A stretch of 64,000 nucleotides of DNA from Deltaproteobacteria bacterium. GTDB taxonomy: Bacteria; Myxococcota_A; Polyangia; JAAYKL01. The translations under genes and the position numbers were made by a program. Below the pieces are notes generated by a model. That model was not told the DNA's origin, did not search any database, and worked only from the letters and a program-made list of their open reading frames with translations. The DNA lies in the NCBI GenBank assembly GCA_029565915.1, contig JAKQNG010000296.1, forward strand, positions 38 through 64,037. The letters run 5' to 3'. The stretch's first letter is position 1. The number at the start of each line of letters is the position of its first letter. Of the stretch, positions 47,580 through 57,559 are shown piece after piece.

Positions 47580-48704
47580 TCACGCCATGGGTAGACCGGC
47601 GAGCCAGGATGCCGCGCGGCGCACTTCGACGCCCTTGTTCGTGGTTTCCGTGCGCAGGTGCTGCACGAGCTGGGTGGCGGGAAATCCGTACCTGGCAGCG
47701 AACGAGATCAGGTTTCGATCCGGTGTCGACTCCGAGGTCTTGCATTCGATGATCCGTTCAATGGATTTTTTTTTCACGAGCGCGAAGTCCACCTCCGCAC
47801 CGTCTTTCGTGCGCAGATAGTGAAGCTGGCGGGATTCGCCCCGCTGGTCCTCCTGGTACCAGGTGTACTTGAGCAGCGACAGGGCCGTGAGGTTTTCAAA
47901 CCGCGCCCCGCCCGGTGCGTTCACGAGACCGGTGTCGAAGAAATAGATTTTCGGCTCCTTGAGCAGGGAGCGGGCGATGTTGCGCGACCACGGTGTGATG
48001 CGGAAGACGAGGAACAGCGCTTCGAGGATCTGGACGTACTTCGTTACCGTGGTGGGCGAAACGCCGATATCCCGCGCCATGGACGCAAAGGAGCAGGGCG
48101 AGCCGACCCGCTCGCGCAGGAGTTCGAAGGTGAGCTGGAGCGCCTTGAAATCGATCATCCGTTGAAAATCGAGAACGTCATAGCGGATCATCGCGTCCGC
48201 GTACTGGTTGCGCCATCGTTCCGCATCTGTCGCCGTATCGCCGAGCAGCGGCTCGGGAAAGCCACCGCGGCTCATCAATCGCTCCAGATCGCCGTCCAGC
48301 GGCGTTTTCGCGATTTCCGCCGGGCAGAAGGGCAGCAACCGGTGCCGGAAATACCGTCCGGCCAGCGACTCCCCACCGCGGGAGAGGACGTCCATCCGTG
48401 CGCTGCCGGTGACGAGAATGCGAAGACCCGGCGGGCGCGTGTCGAAGATCCCCTTCAGGTACCGCTGCCAGTCCTTCATCTTGTGGATTTCGTCGAGAAT
48501 GAGCAGCCCGGTACCGGGCAGCCAGGCTTCTTTTGCAATGACGTCGCGATCCGCGCGGTTGTCGTAGTTGAGATAGACAGTGCGCTCGTACCGGGTGCCG
48601 ATCTCCCTGGCGAGCCAGGTTTTTCCCACCTGCCGCGGACCCACGAGAAAAACCATTTTCTTTTCGAGATCGCGAAGGAGCGATGCCGTCTGAAGTCGAT
48701 CCAT
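47580..48704 (-). CDS. AAA_14/DUF4143 family ATPase
   Basis: GPRQVGKT, LDEIH, VTGS, SLAGR, GGFPE, KIYFFDTG, EVDF..IECK. Confidence 0.92.
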   Translation of the reverse strand: MDRLQTASLLRDLEKKMVFLVGPRQVGKTWLAREIGTRYERTVYLNYDNRADRDVIAKEAWLPGTGLLILDEIHKMKDWQRYLKGIFDTRPPGLRILVTGSARMDVLSRGGESLAGRYFRHRLLPFCPAEIAKTPLDGDLERLMSRGGFPEPLLGDTATDAERWRNQYADAMIRYDVLDFQRMIDFKALQLTFELLRERVGSPCSFASMARDIGVSPTTVTKYVQILEALFLVFRITPWSRNIARSLLKEPKIYFFDTGLVNAPGGARFENLTALSLLKYTWYQEDQRGESRQLHYLRTKDGAEVDFALVKKKSIERIIECKTSESTPDRNLISFAARYGFPATQLVQHLRTETTNKGVEVRRAASWLAGLPMA

Positions 48705-48869
48705 GTCCGACTATTTACCACGCAAATGAAAAATAGTCGCGACTTTTTTCCACTCCAGTATCAGATTGCCAGCCCGGACGGGCGAGGTCAGATCCGGCCT
48801 GTCACCTCTCCTGACCGCTGTCCGTCACGGGAAACCGGGCGGTCGACACAGGAAAAGGGCGATCTCCGA

Positions 48870-49778
48870 TTACTCCTGCTTCTGCGGTGGTGTGCTGTCC
48901 TTTGCCCAGTGCAGGGTGCGCTGGGGGAACGGGATTTGGATGCCCCGCGCGTCAAAGAGCTGCTTCAGGCGACGGCGGTATTCACGGCCCACGGCCCACT
49001 GCTGGCTGGGCACGGTCTTCAGGCGGGCCTTGATGATCACGGCGCTGTCGCCGAAACCGTCCACCCCGAACACCTCCATGGGCTCCAGGATGAAGCTTTT
49101 CCACTGATCGTCCGCCCGCAGGGACTCGGCCGCTTCCTTCATTGCCTCGATGACCCGATCCGTACTCTCGCGGTAAGCAACAGCGACATCGAACACCATG
49201 GCGGACCAGCCCTTGGTCATGTTGGCCAGCGTATTCACCTTGCCGTTCTGGAACACGTGCACGGTGCCCGACTGGTCCCGCAGCACGATGGTGCGCAGGC
49301 CCACCTGCTCCACCAGACCAGAGACGCCGTTCACCACCGCGATATCGCCGGCGCGCACCTGGTTTTCCATGAGCATGAAGAATCCGGAGATCACGTCACG
49401 CACCAGTTCCTGGGCGCCGAACCCGACCGCCAGGCCCGCGATGCCCGCACCGGCGATGAGGGGCGCAATATCCACGCCCATCCGCCGCAGCAGCAGCATG
49501 ACCACCATGGCCCAGAGGACCACCCGCAGGGCCGAACGCAGGATGCCCAGCAGTGTCTCCAGCCGCTTTTCCGATTCCTGGGTTTCAATGGCATCTCCGG
49601 TGGGCAGGCGGCCTGCGATGTTCCTGCGGATTCGATCCAGTATCACATCCACCAGCTTGAACCCCATCAGGCCGATGGCGGCGATGAGCAGAATGGCGGG
49701 CAGCGAACTCAAGGACCACGCGATGGTCCGATCGAGCAGGGTTTCCCAGAACTGTGCGGTCATCCATTCTTTCATCAT
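48870..49778 (-). CDS. small-conductance mechanosensitive channel (MscS/YbiO-like)
   Basis: AGAGIAGLAVGFGAQ, GLVEQVGLRT, IPFPQR; AGGAG RBS. Confidence 0.93.
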   Translation of the reverse strand: MMKEWMTAQFWETLLDRTIAWSLSSLPAILLIAAIGLMGFKLVDVILDRIRRNIAGRLPTGDAIETQESEKRLETLLGILRSALRVVLWAMVVMLLLRRMGVDIAPLIAGAGIAGLAVGFGAQELVRDVISGFFMLMENQVRAGDIAVVNGVSGLVEQVGLRTIVLRDQSGTVHVFQNGKVNTLANMTKGWSAMVFDVAVAYRESTDRVIEAMKEAAESLRADDQWKSFILEPMEVFGVDGFGDSAVIIKARLKTVPSQQWAVGREYRRRLKQLFDARGIQIPFPQRTLHWAKDSTPPQKQE

Positions 49779-49848
49779 CAGAATTCTCCTCGTGCGCGTT
49801 TCACAAAAAAACCATACGGCGGACAGAATGTACAGACAGGAAGAGCGG

Positions 49849-52800
49849 TCAGCGGACAATCACCTTGTCCGTTGCGCTGCGGCCGAAGGTCTCCGGCGTA
49901 TACATTTCTTCTGCCTTCGCGGGGGGCGCGAGAAATTCGCCCGGTGTGGTGGCCTTTGCGACATACGTGTATTCCACCACGCCCTCCCACAGGCCGGACG
50001 CAAACGCTTCCGCCCGCTCATCGCGCAGGTTCTGGTGCTCGAACCAGTTGCGATGGTAGAACCACCCGGGACCGTTGCCGGTCATGGACGGCGCCGCCTC
50101 CACCGCCACGTCCGGATTGACCGCTTCAAATCCCGCGGGCAGCGGATCGACAAGAGCCACGTGATATCGCCGGACCGTTGTTTCCATGGTTACCCTTACG
50201 CGCACGCGGCAGCCCGCCCGGATCAGCCAGCTGCCATCCTTCTGGCGCCGCACGTCCTCGTCGTCGTCCACGGGTTCATACACCCGCGAAACGGCAAAGC
50301 CGTGATCCGAAGCGGGCAGCATCAGATCCGACGGCGAATAGTTGAGTGCAATGCGGTAATACATCCGGCCCGCGCCGTCCTTCTGCAGGATGAGTGACTG
50401 CATGTCCGTTCCCGCGAGGACCTGTTTCATGGGCACCTGCGCCACCGCCTGATCCGTCGTGCGACCGCGGAATGTGTGTTCCGCATAGTTCTTCCCCAGC
50501 CACAGCCGCGCCACGAAGTCGGGCGATACCTTTTCAAAAGTTGCAAAATAGCGGTCGAGGGCCAGCAGGACAAACGCGTTTTCCTGGGTGGACTGCCAGC
50601 GTCCCTGCACCTGCCCGGCCAGCAGGCCCCGGACGAGCATGGGAATCAGCTCGTCTGTGGGAGTCACTTCGATGAGCGCGTGGAGCCAGATACCGTCCAC
50701 CCGGCGATCCGAATGAAACAGCACGCGCGCGCCATCGGGATAGGCGGTGGTAAAATGGGCCGCCGACGCCGTCAGGGTGGCGCTGTTGGCCCCGCGCCGC
50801 AGAATCTGTTCAGTCAGTCCCGCGTTGTTTTTCACCACCGGCAGCAGCCAGCCCAGGGATTCCATGGGCATCTTTTCCACGCCGACGTCGGAAAGCAGCC
50901 GCGCGGCGCCGTCCATGTCCGTGTCGCCCATGCGATGGCGCACGTGAAGGGCAAAGGCGCGCAGGGACTGACGGCTCTCCGCCGAATACTCGCCCGGAAT
51001 GTGGGAATCGATGTTCTTCAGATACCAGCTGACCCGCGAAAGGGTGTCGTCGCTGACCTTGAAACCCTTGTCCTTTGCCGTCTGCAGCGCCATCGCAACA
51101 TAAATGGACACGTAGGGCCAGGGGCTTTCGTTGGCTCGCCACAATCCGAACCCGTTGTCCCATCCCTGCCGCCCCGCCAGTGTGGCAATGGCGCCGTTCA
51201 CCATGGTTTCCAGTTCCGCCGGCGTCGGCATCCCGGGAACATCGAAGGCGGTCAGCACGTCTTTCAAGGCCGCGATGGACAGGATTTTCGATGCGAGCTG
51301 CTCGCTGCATTCGTAGGGATACTCAACAAGGTACAGGAAGGCGTCCGTCAGAGCCTGCAGCTGGGTGGATGACGTGGTCACTTCGAGCCCGCCGAACTCC
51401 GGATGAACGTCCCCGGGCATCTGCAGGGCCGCCGCCGTGGCGCCCTGATCCACCTGTCCGTAGGTGGCAAAGGCCTCCGTGGTACCGGGTGTCCATACGG
51501 GAATCACCACATTCACCGCATCGGCAAATCCCTCCGTGGCGGCCATGATCTGGACAGTGGCCCTGCCTGCTTTCTGCGACGCCGCAGGGAAACGGACCTC
51601 CAGCCGATCGCCGGCCGGCACCCGCACCCGACGGCCCGGTGCATCGAGGAATGCCTTCTTTGACAGCTCCGGCAGCGTCCGTGCAAAGCGCAGGTTGTCC
51701 GCACGCACCGCCACGTCCACCCACATGTCCTCTTCGGTCTGGTTCTGCAGCACAACGGGCAGGAGGAAGCGATCACCGCAGTGGAGGAAGCGGGGCGCAG
51801 AGGGCCGCACCATGAGGGGCAGCTTCGCGGTCACGGCGGACTCGGCCCGTCCGAATCGATTCTTCCCATCGGCGACCACCGCCATGATGCGATAGCGGGT
51901 GAGGGAATCGGGCAGGGTCATCTCCACCTGCGCCGTGCCGTCCGCGGCGGTCATCACCCGGGGTGCGAACAGGGCGAGGGGCGAAAAATTTGATCGAACG
52001 GCGACCGGGGTTGTTGCCGCGCTGCCCGTACCAGTGGCATTGGCCAGTGGCAACGCCATCGAGAGTTCCTGCTTGTCGCGCGCCCCGCCGTTGCGCCCAC
52101 CGGGGGACGACTTCTGCACGCGCAGGTTGCCGCGAAAACTCCCGTCTCCGTCCGCCCAGTCGCCGACGCGTTCTACGGTCTGACGGGTCATCTGCGCCTT
52201 TGCCGCGGCCAGGGCTGCATCGTCCGCGAGGCGCAACCATGCCCTCGAGTGAACATCCTGCACGCCGTCTTCCACGTTCCGGTAAAACGTTTCCACGGGA
52301 TCCTTCAGGGTATAGCCCGTCAGGGCGAGCACCGCCTCGTCCACCGCGAACACTGTCACCTCGCCGTCCTTTACCGGACGCCCCGCCGGATCAGTCACCG
52401 TCACGTGTACGTCAGTGGTGCTGCCCGGGCGCAGAACCTTCTCTGCGGCGGATACCTCCACTTCCAGGCGCCGGTGCGTCGCGGGCACTGACAGGGCGAT
52501 GGTGCCCGATGCCGCGGCGGGTGCACTGTCGCCTCCATCCCTGCCGACAGCGGCGCCCACCAGATCCACCTGCAGGGTCACCTGGGGCACGTGGCGTTCG
52601 ACGATGTTGATGGAAACAATGGTATCGCGGGTCAGGCGCAGCACCCGGCGGTGCAGCAGTCCGCCCCGGCGCAGAGTCAGTACGCCATCGGAGGGATAAA
52701 ATGGCGACTGCACCAGTACCTTTGCCACATCCCCGGGTGCCCACTCTTCCTTCTGAGGGACAAGGACAACCCGATCCGTTTCCAGCATTCGATCCACCGG

Positions 52801-55800
52801 CGCGCCGCCGGTCACAAAGAACCGCATTTCGCTGCGATTGGGCCGCCCGGCACGGTCCTTCACGGTGGCCGTCGCCACGTAGAGGCCGCCGCGATCCGGC
52901 GAAAAGCGGCATTCTGTCAGATATTCCCGACCAAGGGCACAGCGGGCGACTTCGATGGCGTCGCCGTTCCATCCCCGTCCTTCCACGCGGGTGAGCCGCA
53001 CTTCTCCCTGTGCTGCCGTCACCCGGTTGCCATCGATGTCCACCACGGCGGTTTCCAGGGCCACCTGATCGCCCACCTCGATGAAGTTGCGGCTGAGTCG
53101 CAGCCCTGCATACAGCCGCGACGGGTGCACGAGGATCTGCGAGGAACTGCTCCACATCTGGCGGTTCACGTCCTGCACCGTGGCCCGGGCCGTCACCAGC
53201 ATGGGCCGCACGGGATCGAGGGAGCGGAACCGGATATCCAGGCCGTGGGTGCCCGTTGCGTCCGTCGTTCCCGTTTTTTCAACGGTGGCCGACGGCGACG
53301 GTGGCGGCTCCCAGCACCGCCAGAAGGGCAGATATGGGCCAAAGTGCCAGTCCGACCAGCCCGGCGGTGAATAGTCCGCCACCACGGACTGGAGATGCCA
53401 TGTTACCGGCGCATTCAGAAGAGGCCCGCCGGCATAGTAGGACGCAGCCACAGAAGCGGTGGCCCGACCGCCGAGGATGTGGACACCCTCGTCAAACCCG
53501 GTGCTCACCGCGAATTCGGGGGTGCGGAACTCCGCAATCTGGAAGGCGTGGGTATCCCGTCGCAGTTGGGTGTCCAGTGTCGGGTCGTCGACCTCCACCT
53601 CTACCCGGGCATTCCCCGTGTGGACATCGTCGGGCAGGGCGGTTTTCAGATGGAAGCCGCCATTCTCGCTGATGGGTGCGCTGCCTTTTGAAAGGGGATT
53701 GCCCCGTGGGTCAGAAACTGTCCAGTTCACGCGTTCGGCCACCTTTGTCTGCGCATCGGGGACGTCCCCTTCATCGCCGCGCAGTTTTCGCACGTAGCCC
53801 TTGATCCACACGGTTTCGCCGGGCCGGTAGATGCCCCGATCATCGAAGAGATGCACCCCGAATCGATTCTGACGCGCAAACGCCTGCCAGCCGCCGGGAA
53901 CCAGCACCGCGTCGCTTCCCGTTCGAGCCACCAGCACATCCCCTCCAGGGATGCCCGGAAGGGCCAGTACGCCAAGCCCCTGCGCATCCGAGGTCATTTC
54001 CGCCACAGCCGCACCATCGTTCAGAAGTTGAATGCGGGCGCCATCCACCGGCGCGCCGTCCTTCAGGCGGGTGACAAAGGCAACCAGTTCTTTTCCATCG
54101 GCGAAGGCAGACAAGCCCAGCGAAGTTACCTGTATCCAGCAGCTCACTTCCTGGCGATTCCACGATTCTTTTGCCTGTACGACGGGTTCCACTTTCAGCA
54201 CGAAATGACCGGTGCCGTCTTTCAGGTACGGTTGCAGATCGATGGCCACGGGGGTAATGGCATCCGGTAATCCGTCGGGACGGACGGTTTTGTCAAACAG
54301 GCGGCGGCCCGGCAGCGGCTGGTGGCGGGATTCTTCGTTCCAGCGCTGGTCTGCCCAGTTGCGCCACGCGGGATAATCGGTGGGCGTCACCGCGTGGAGC
54401 GTCACCTTCAGGCTGTTGTGGTTGACCGAATAAACGGTCATTCGCGGCGTTGCCGAAGGAGACAGGGTCAGCAGCTCACCTTCGGGACCGAAGAGATTTT
54501 TTCCAATGCTGCCGGTTTTGAACTGGACCCGGACCGGTTTGGACAGTTTCTGTCCATGCACATCCCGCAGGGAGGCGGGGATCTCCACCTTGTAAGTCGT
54601 CCGGCCGTTCTTCAGGCCATCCAGGGATATGGTTTGACCCGACGCGTCGATGACCAGTTCGGCCACCGGGGGCGTGACAATGATGTTGTCCTTGGAAAAG
54701 GATGCAAGGTCGATTTCGTTGGAAAAATCCACCGTCCAGGCAGCGTCCGGCGCGCACGTGTCATCAAAGCCGCACTGGTGGTGGGTGACCCGGAACGGAC
54801 CGAAGGTGGAAAACGAAAACGTCTGCGCCACTCTGGTCCGACCGGGGCCTTCGGCCGAGGGCGCACCGGCATCCACAAACACCACCACTTCCGTGGCCGC
54901 CGGCAGGGGGCGTTCGACCCGGAGCGCCAACCATTGCCCTTCTTGCGCGTGATCCACCAGGGTGTGCACCGGACTGTTTTCGATTTCCGCTTCTGTGGCC
55001 GGCCGCAGGGGAACCTGCTGTCCGCGGAAGCCGAGCTTCACGTAGCGGCCCATGGCCGCCGGATCGATGCGCTGGTCGAAGGCGATGAAAATGACCTCGT
55101 CCAGACCTCGTCCGTCTCCCGTGGGGTACATCTGTGTCATGGTCGGAGGCGGTGTGGAAAACGAAAATCGAAATTTCTCCTTCAGCCGCTCGCCGTCGAC
55201 GCCGGCGATTCCCGCCGGAATGATGGCCTCGTAATCCGTCGCCATGGGAAACCGGTCCGTCGGTCGAAATGTGATCGTCCGCGTGCCCAGCCACTGCCAC
55301 TGTCCCGGCGGCTGCGGCGTCAGCTGCACGGGGAGGTTCTGCTCGACCTGTGCCTGGGTGCCCACGGCCACCATGGGTTGCGAAAAGGTCACGCGCAGGT
55401 CCGGCGCCTCGTTCACACGGTCCCGGGGGGCCGCCTGTACAACGGTGAGGGGACCATTTGTTGCGGACGGCGGCGGACGGCGGATTGTCGACACCGACAG
55501 TTCCACCCGTTGGCCGGGAGCAGGCGGTCGGCGGGACGATTCCCGCATGGCCCATGGCGCTTGCGCGGTTTCGGGGAGCGTCGTCGCCGCGCGGTCCAGC
55601 AGAGCCCGGGATGCTTCGTCTGAGAGCCACTCGCCTTCTTCCACGCGATCAGTCGCGATGGATGGCGGGCCGCTCCATGAAGTCACGTCCATGACCAGGC
55701 CCGCGCCTTCCTCTCCTTCTTCAAATTCGGCGACCTCTGGCACCGGCGCTTCCACTGCCGGAGATGCGGTCACCACCTGCTGAGAAGGAGCGGCTGTGCC

Positions 55801-55872
55801 ACCCCCGCAGTTATTCAGAACCGGAAGGGTCGCCATGGCGACGACCATCCACACAGCATTGCGACAGGTCAT
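49849..55872 (-). CDS. alpha-2-macroglobulin family lipoprotein
   Basis: Signal with Cys (LNNC), DRGIYRPGE, AVDEAVL, LPDSLT, thioester YPYECSEQ, WQSTQEN, DPLPAGFE, EEMY. Confidence 0.95.
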   Translation of the reverse strand: MTCRNAVWMVVAMATLPVLNNCGGGTAAPSQQVVTASPAVEAPVPEVAEFEEGEEGAGLVMDVTSWSGPPSIATDRVEEGEWLSDEASRALLDRAATTLPETAQAPWAMRESSRRPPAPGQRVELSVSTIRRPPPSATNGPLTVVQAAPRDRVNEAPDLRVTFSQPMVAVGTQAQVEQNLPVQLTPQPPGQWQWLGTRTITFRPTDRFPMATDYEAIIPAGIAGVDGERLKEKFRFSFSTPPPTMTQMYPTGDGRGLDEVIFIAFDQRIDPAAMGRYVKLGFRGQQVPLRPATEAEIENSPVHTLVDHAQEGQWLALRVERPLPAATEVVVFVDAGAPSAEGPGRTRVAQTFSFSTFGPFRVTHHQCGFDDTCAPDAAWTVDFSNEIDLASFSKDNIIVTPPVAELVIDASGQTISLDGLKNGRTTYKVEIPASLRDVHGQKLSKPVRVQFKTGSIGKNLFGPEGELLTLSPSATPRMTVYSVNHNSLKVTLHAVTPTDYPAWRNWADQRWNEESRHQPLPGRRLFDKTVRPDGLPDAITPVAIDLQPYLKDGTGHFVLKVEPVVQAKESWNRQEVSCWIQVTSLGLSAFADGKELVAFVTRLKDGAPVDGARIQLLNDGAAVAEMTSDAQGLGVLALPGIPGGDVLVARTGSDAVLVPGGWQAFARQNRFGVHLFDDRGIYRPGETVWIKGYVRKLRGDEGDVPDAQTKVAERVNWTVSDPRGNPLSKGSAPISENGGFHLKTALPDDVHTGNARVEVEVDDPTLDTQLRRDTHAFQIAEFRTPEFAVSTGFDEGVHILGGRATASVAASYYAGGPLLNAPVTWHLQSVVADYSPPGWSDWHFGPYLPFWRCWEPPPSPSATVEKTGTTDATGTHGLDIRFRSLDPVRPMLVTARATVQDVNRQMWSSSSQILVHPSRLYAGLRLSRNFIEVGDQVALETAVVDIDGNRVTAAQGEVRLTRVEGRGWNGDAIEVARCALGREYLTECRFSPDRGGLYVATATVKDRAGRPNRSEMRFFVTGGAPVDRMLETDRVVLVPQKEEWAPGDVAKVLVQSPFYPSDGVLTLRRGGLLHRRVLRLTRDTIVSINIVERHVPQVTLQVDLVGAAVGRDGGDSAPAAASGTIALSVPATHRRLEVEVSAAEKVLRPGSTTDVHVTVTDPAGRPVKDGEVTVFAVDEAVLALTGYTLKDPVETFYRNVEDGVQDVHSRAWLRLADDAALAAAKAQMTRQTVERVGDWADGDGSFRGNLRVQKSSPGGRNGGARDKQELSMALPLANATGTGSAATTPVAVRSNFSPLALFAPRVMTAADGTAQVEMTLPDSLTRYRIMAVVADGKNRFGRAESAVTAKLPLMVRPSAPRFLHCGDRFLLPVVLQNQTEEDMWVDVAVRADNLRFARTLPELSKKAFLDAPGRRVRVPAGDRLEVRFPAASQKAGRATVQIMAATEGFADAVNVVIPVWTPGTTEAFATYGQVDQGATAAALQMPGDVHPEFGGLEVTTSSTQLQALTDAFLYLVEYPYECSEQLASKILSIAALKDVLTAFDVPGMPTPAELETMVNGAIATLAGRQGWDNGFGLWRANESPWPYVSIYVAMALQTAKDKGFKVSDDTLSRVSWYLKNIDSHIPGEYSAESRQSLRAFALHVRHRMGDTDMDGAARLLSDVGVEKMPMESLGWLLPVVKNNAGLTEQILRRGANSATLTASAAHFTTAYPDGARVLFHSDRRVDGIWLHALIEVTPTDELIPMLVRGLLAGQVQGRWQSTQENAFVLLALDRYFATFEKVSPDFVARLWLGKNYAEHTFRGRTTDQAVAQVPMKQVLAGTDMQSLILQKDGAGRMYYRIALNYSPSDLMLPASDHGFAVSRVYEPVDDDEDVRRQKDGSWLIRAGCRVRVRVTMETTVRRYHVALVDPLPAGFEAVNPDVAVEAAPSMTGNGPGWFYHRNWFEHQNLRDERAEAFASGLWEGVVEYTYVAKATTPGEFLAPPAKAEEMYTPETFGRSATDKVIVR

Positions 55873-55903
55873 GGATGCTTCTCTTTCTTCTGGGTGCGTT
55901 TCG

Positions 55904-57559
55904 TTACAGCAGCAGCCGGTTGTGTTCCGAACGGGATTCTCCGGCACTGGATACCCGGATGGCCGCCTGATCGTGTACGGGACAGGCGAATTCGCAGGCG
56001 CCGCAGCCGCTGCACCGATCGGGCACGACAAACGGACGTTTCAGGACAATGCTTCGACCATCGACGGTCACCGTGACCTCCTCCAGTCGGATGGCTTTTG
56101 GCGAAATGGGACAGAACTCCTCGCAGACCGTGCAGGGCGTGGCCATGCCAAAGGGCAGGCAGCGCCCCTGATCGATGAACGCGGTGCCGATGCGCACCAG
56201 CGCCGCACCCCGCGCGCCGGTTTTTTCGTTTTCGCTGACGCGCAAGATGGCCGCCGTGGGACAGACCTGCGTGCAGAGCGTGCAGGTGGGCTCGCAGTAC
56301 CCCACCCGGGGCACCAGCACGGGTGTCCACAGGCCTTCGACGCCGGCTTCATCCAGCGCCGGATGCAGCGCGTTGTTGGGACAGATCTTCATGCACTGAC
56401 CGCACCGGATGCAGCGGGCCAGAAAATCTTCTTCTGCCACCGCGCCGGGAGGCCGGATGCAGGCGGGATCGGGCCGTCCTTCCGGTCCCGTCACACCGCC
56501 CCGTCGCAGCACGGGAACCAGCAGAGCGCCCGCCGCCAGACCCGTGGCCAGATGCCGCTTGCGCAGATCGGGCCCGTCCGCCACCTGTTCGCCCAGACCG
56601 CCCACCGCGGCAAAATGCAGCGCGTCGTCTTCGCACACAGCCACGCAGTTCATGCACAGGTCGCACTCCGCACGCTGCCAGTCCGTTCCGGGCAGAGGAG
56701 ATGCCGCCCCCGAACAGGCCTTTTCGCACTTGCCGCAGTTGGTGCATTTTGATTCGTCCTTGCGCAGCACCAGCAGCGAACGCTGCCCGGACAGTCCCAG
56801 CAGGGCACCCAGGGGGCAGAGATAGCGACACCAGAACCTTGGATGGAACCGGTTGGCAATCAATACGGCGACAAAGAAGAGGGACACCAGCAGGCCGCCG
56901 GACACCAGCAGCCCGTTGTGATGCACGAGCAGGCCCGCAGCGCCGTCGTACAGGCGATCGGATATCTGCTGCACGGCCGTGGAATCCGCCGCCGACATCC
57001 GCCCGATGAAACCACCGGCAACGAAATCGATGACCGGCAGGACCGTCAGCGCGATGCCCCGCGTCACAAGGGACAACGGATCGAACAGCCCGGCAATGGC
57101 CGAGCCGCAGAGGGCCGCCAGCAGGCTTCCCGCCAGCAGATAGTATTTGATTCGATGGCCGGGCTTCGGCCGGTTCGCGCGGATGCGCGCCGCTGTGGAC
57201 AGGGTGGGACGGAACGCGGAACAGGCGTGGTTCAGCGTGCCCATGGGGCACACCCACCCGCAGAAGAAACGGCCCAGAAAGACGGCCGTCCCCAGCACGA
57301 TGAGGCTCCACAGCAGGGTGGATGGCACGGTCCAGGTGGACAGGAACACCAGCAGCAGGGCCAGCGGATCGATGTCGAGGAACGCTTCCACGGGCCACGG
57401 AACGCGGGTGACGTTTCCTGCGTCGTAACCCGCGCCCGTCAGATCGGCCGTTGCAAAGATGAGCAGCAGAAAAACGGCCAGAAACGCTATCTGGGAGATG
57501 CGGCGACCTGCGCGCCAACGGGCCCAGAAGATCCTGCGTCGGTCCCGGTCCCCGGCCAT
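55904..57559 (-). CDS. membrane polyferredoxin (NapH/MauN + NapG/MauM-like fusion)
   Basis: GRFFCGWVCPMG, RFWCRYLCPLG, IRPPGA, multiple CxxCxxCxxxCP motifs. Confidence 0.9.
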   Translation of the reverse strand: MAGDRDRRRIFWARWRAGRRISQIAFLAVFLLLIFATADLTGAGYDAGNVTRVPWPVEAFLDIDPLALLLVFLSTWTVPSTLLWSLIVLGTAVFLGRFFCGWVCPMGTLNHACSAFRPTLSTAARIRANRPKPGHRIKYYLLAGSLLAALCGSAIAGLFDPLSLVTRGIALTVLPVIDFVAGGFIGRMSAADSTAVQQISDRLYDGAAGLLVHHNGLLVSGGLLVSLFFVAVLIANRFHPRFWCRYLCPLGALLGLSGQRSLLVLRKDESKCTNCGKCEKACSGAASPLPGTDWQRAECDLCMNCVAVCEDDALHFAAVGGLGEQVADGPDLRKRHLATGLAAGALLVPVLRRGGVTGPEGRPDPACIRPPGAVAEEDFLARCIRCGQCMKICPNNALHPALDEAGVEGLWTPVLVPRVGYCEPTCTLCTQVCPTAAILRVSENEKTGARGAALVRIGTAFIDQGRCLPFGMATPCTVCEEFCPISPKAIRLEEVTVTVDGRSIVLKRPFVVPDRCSGCGACEFACPVHDQAAIRVSSAGESRSEHNRLLL

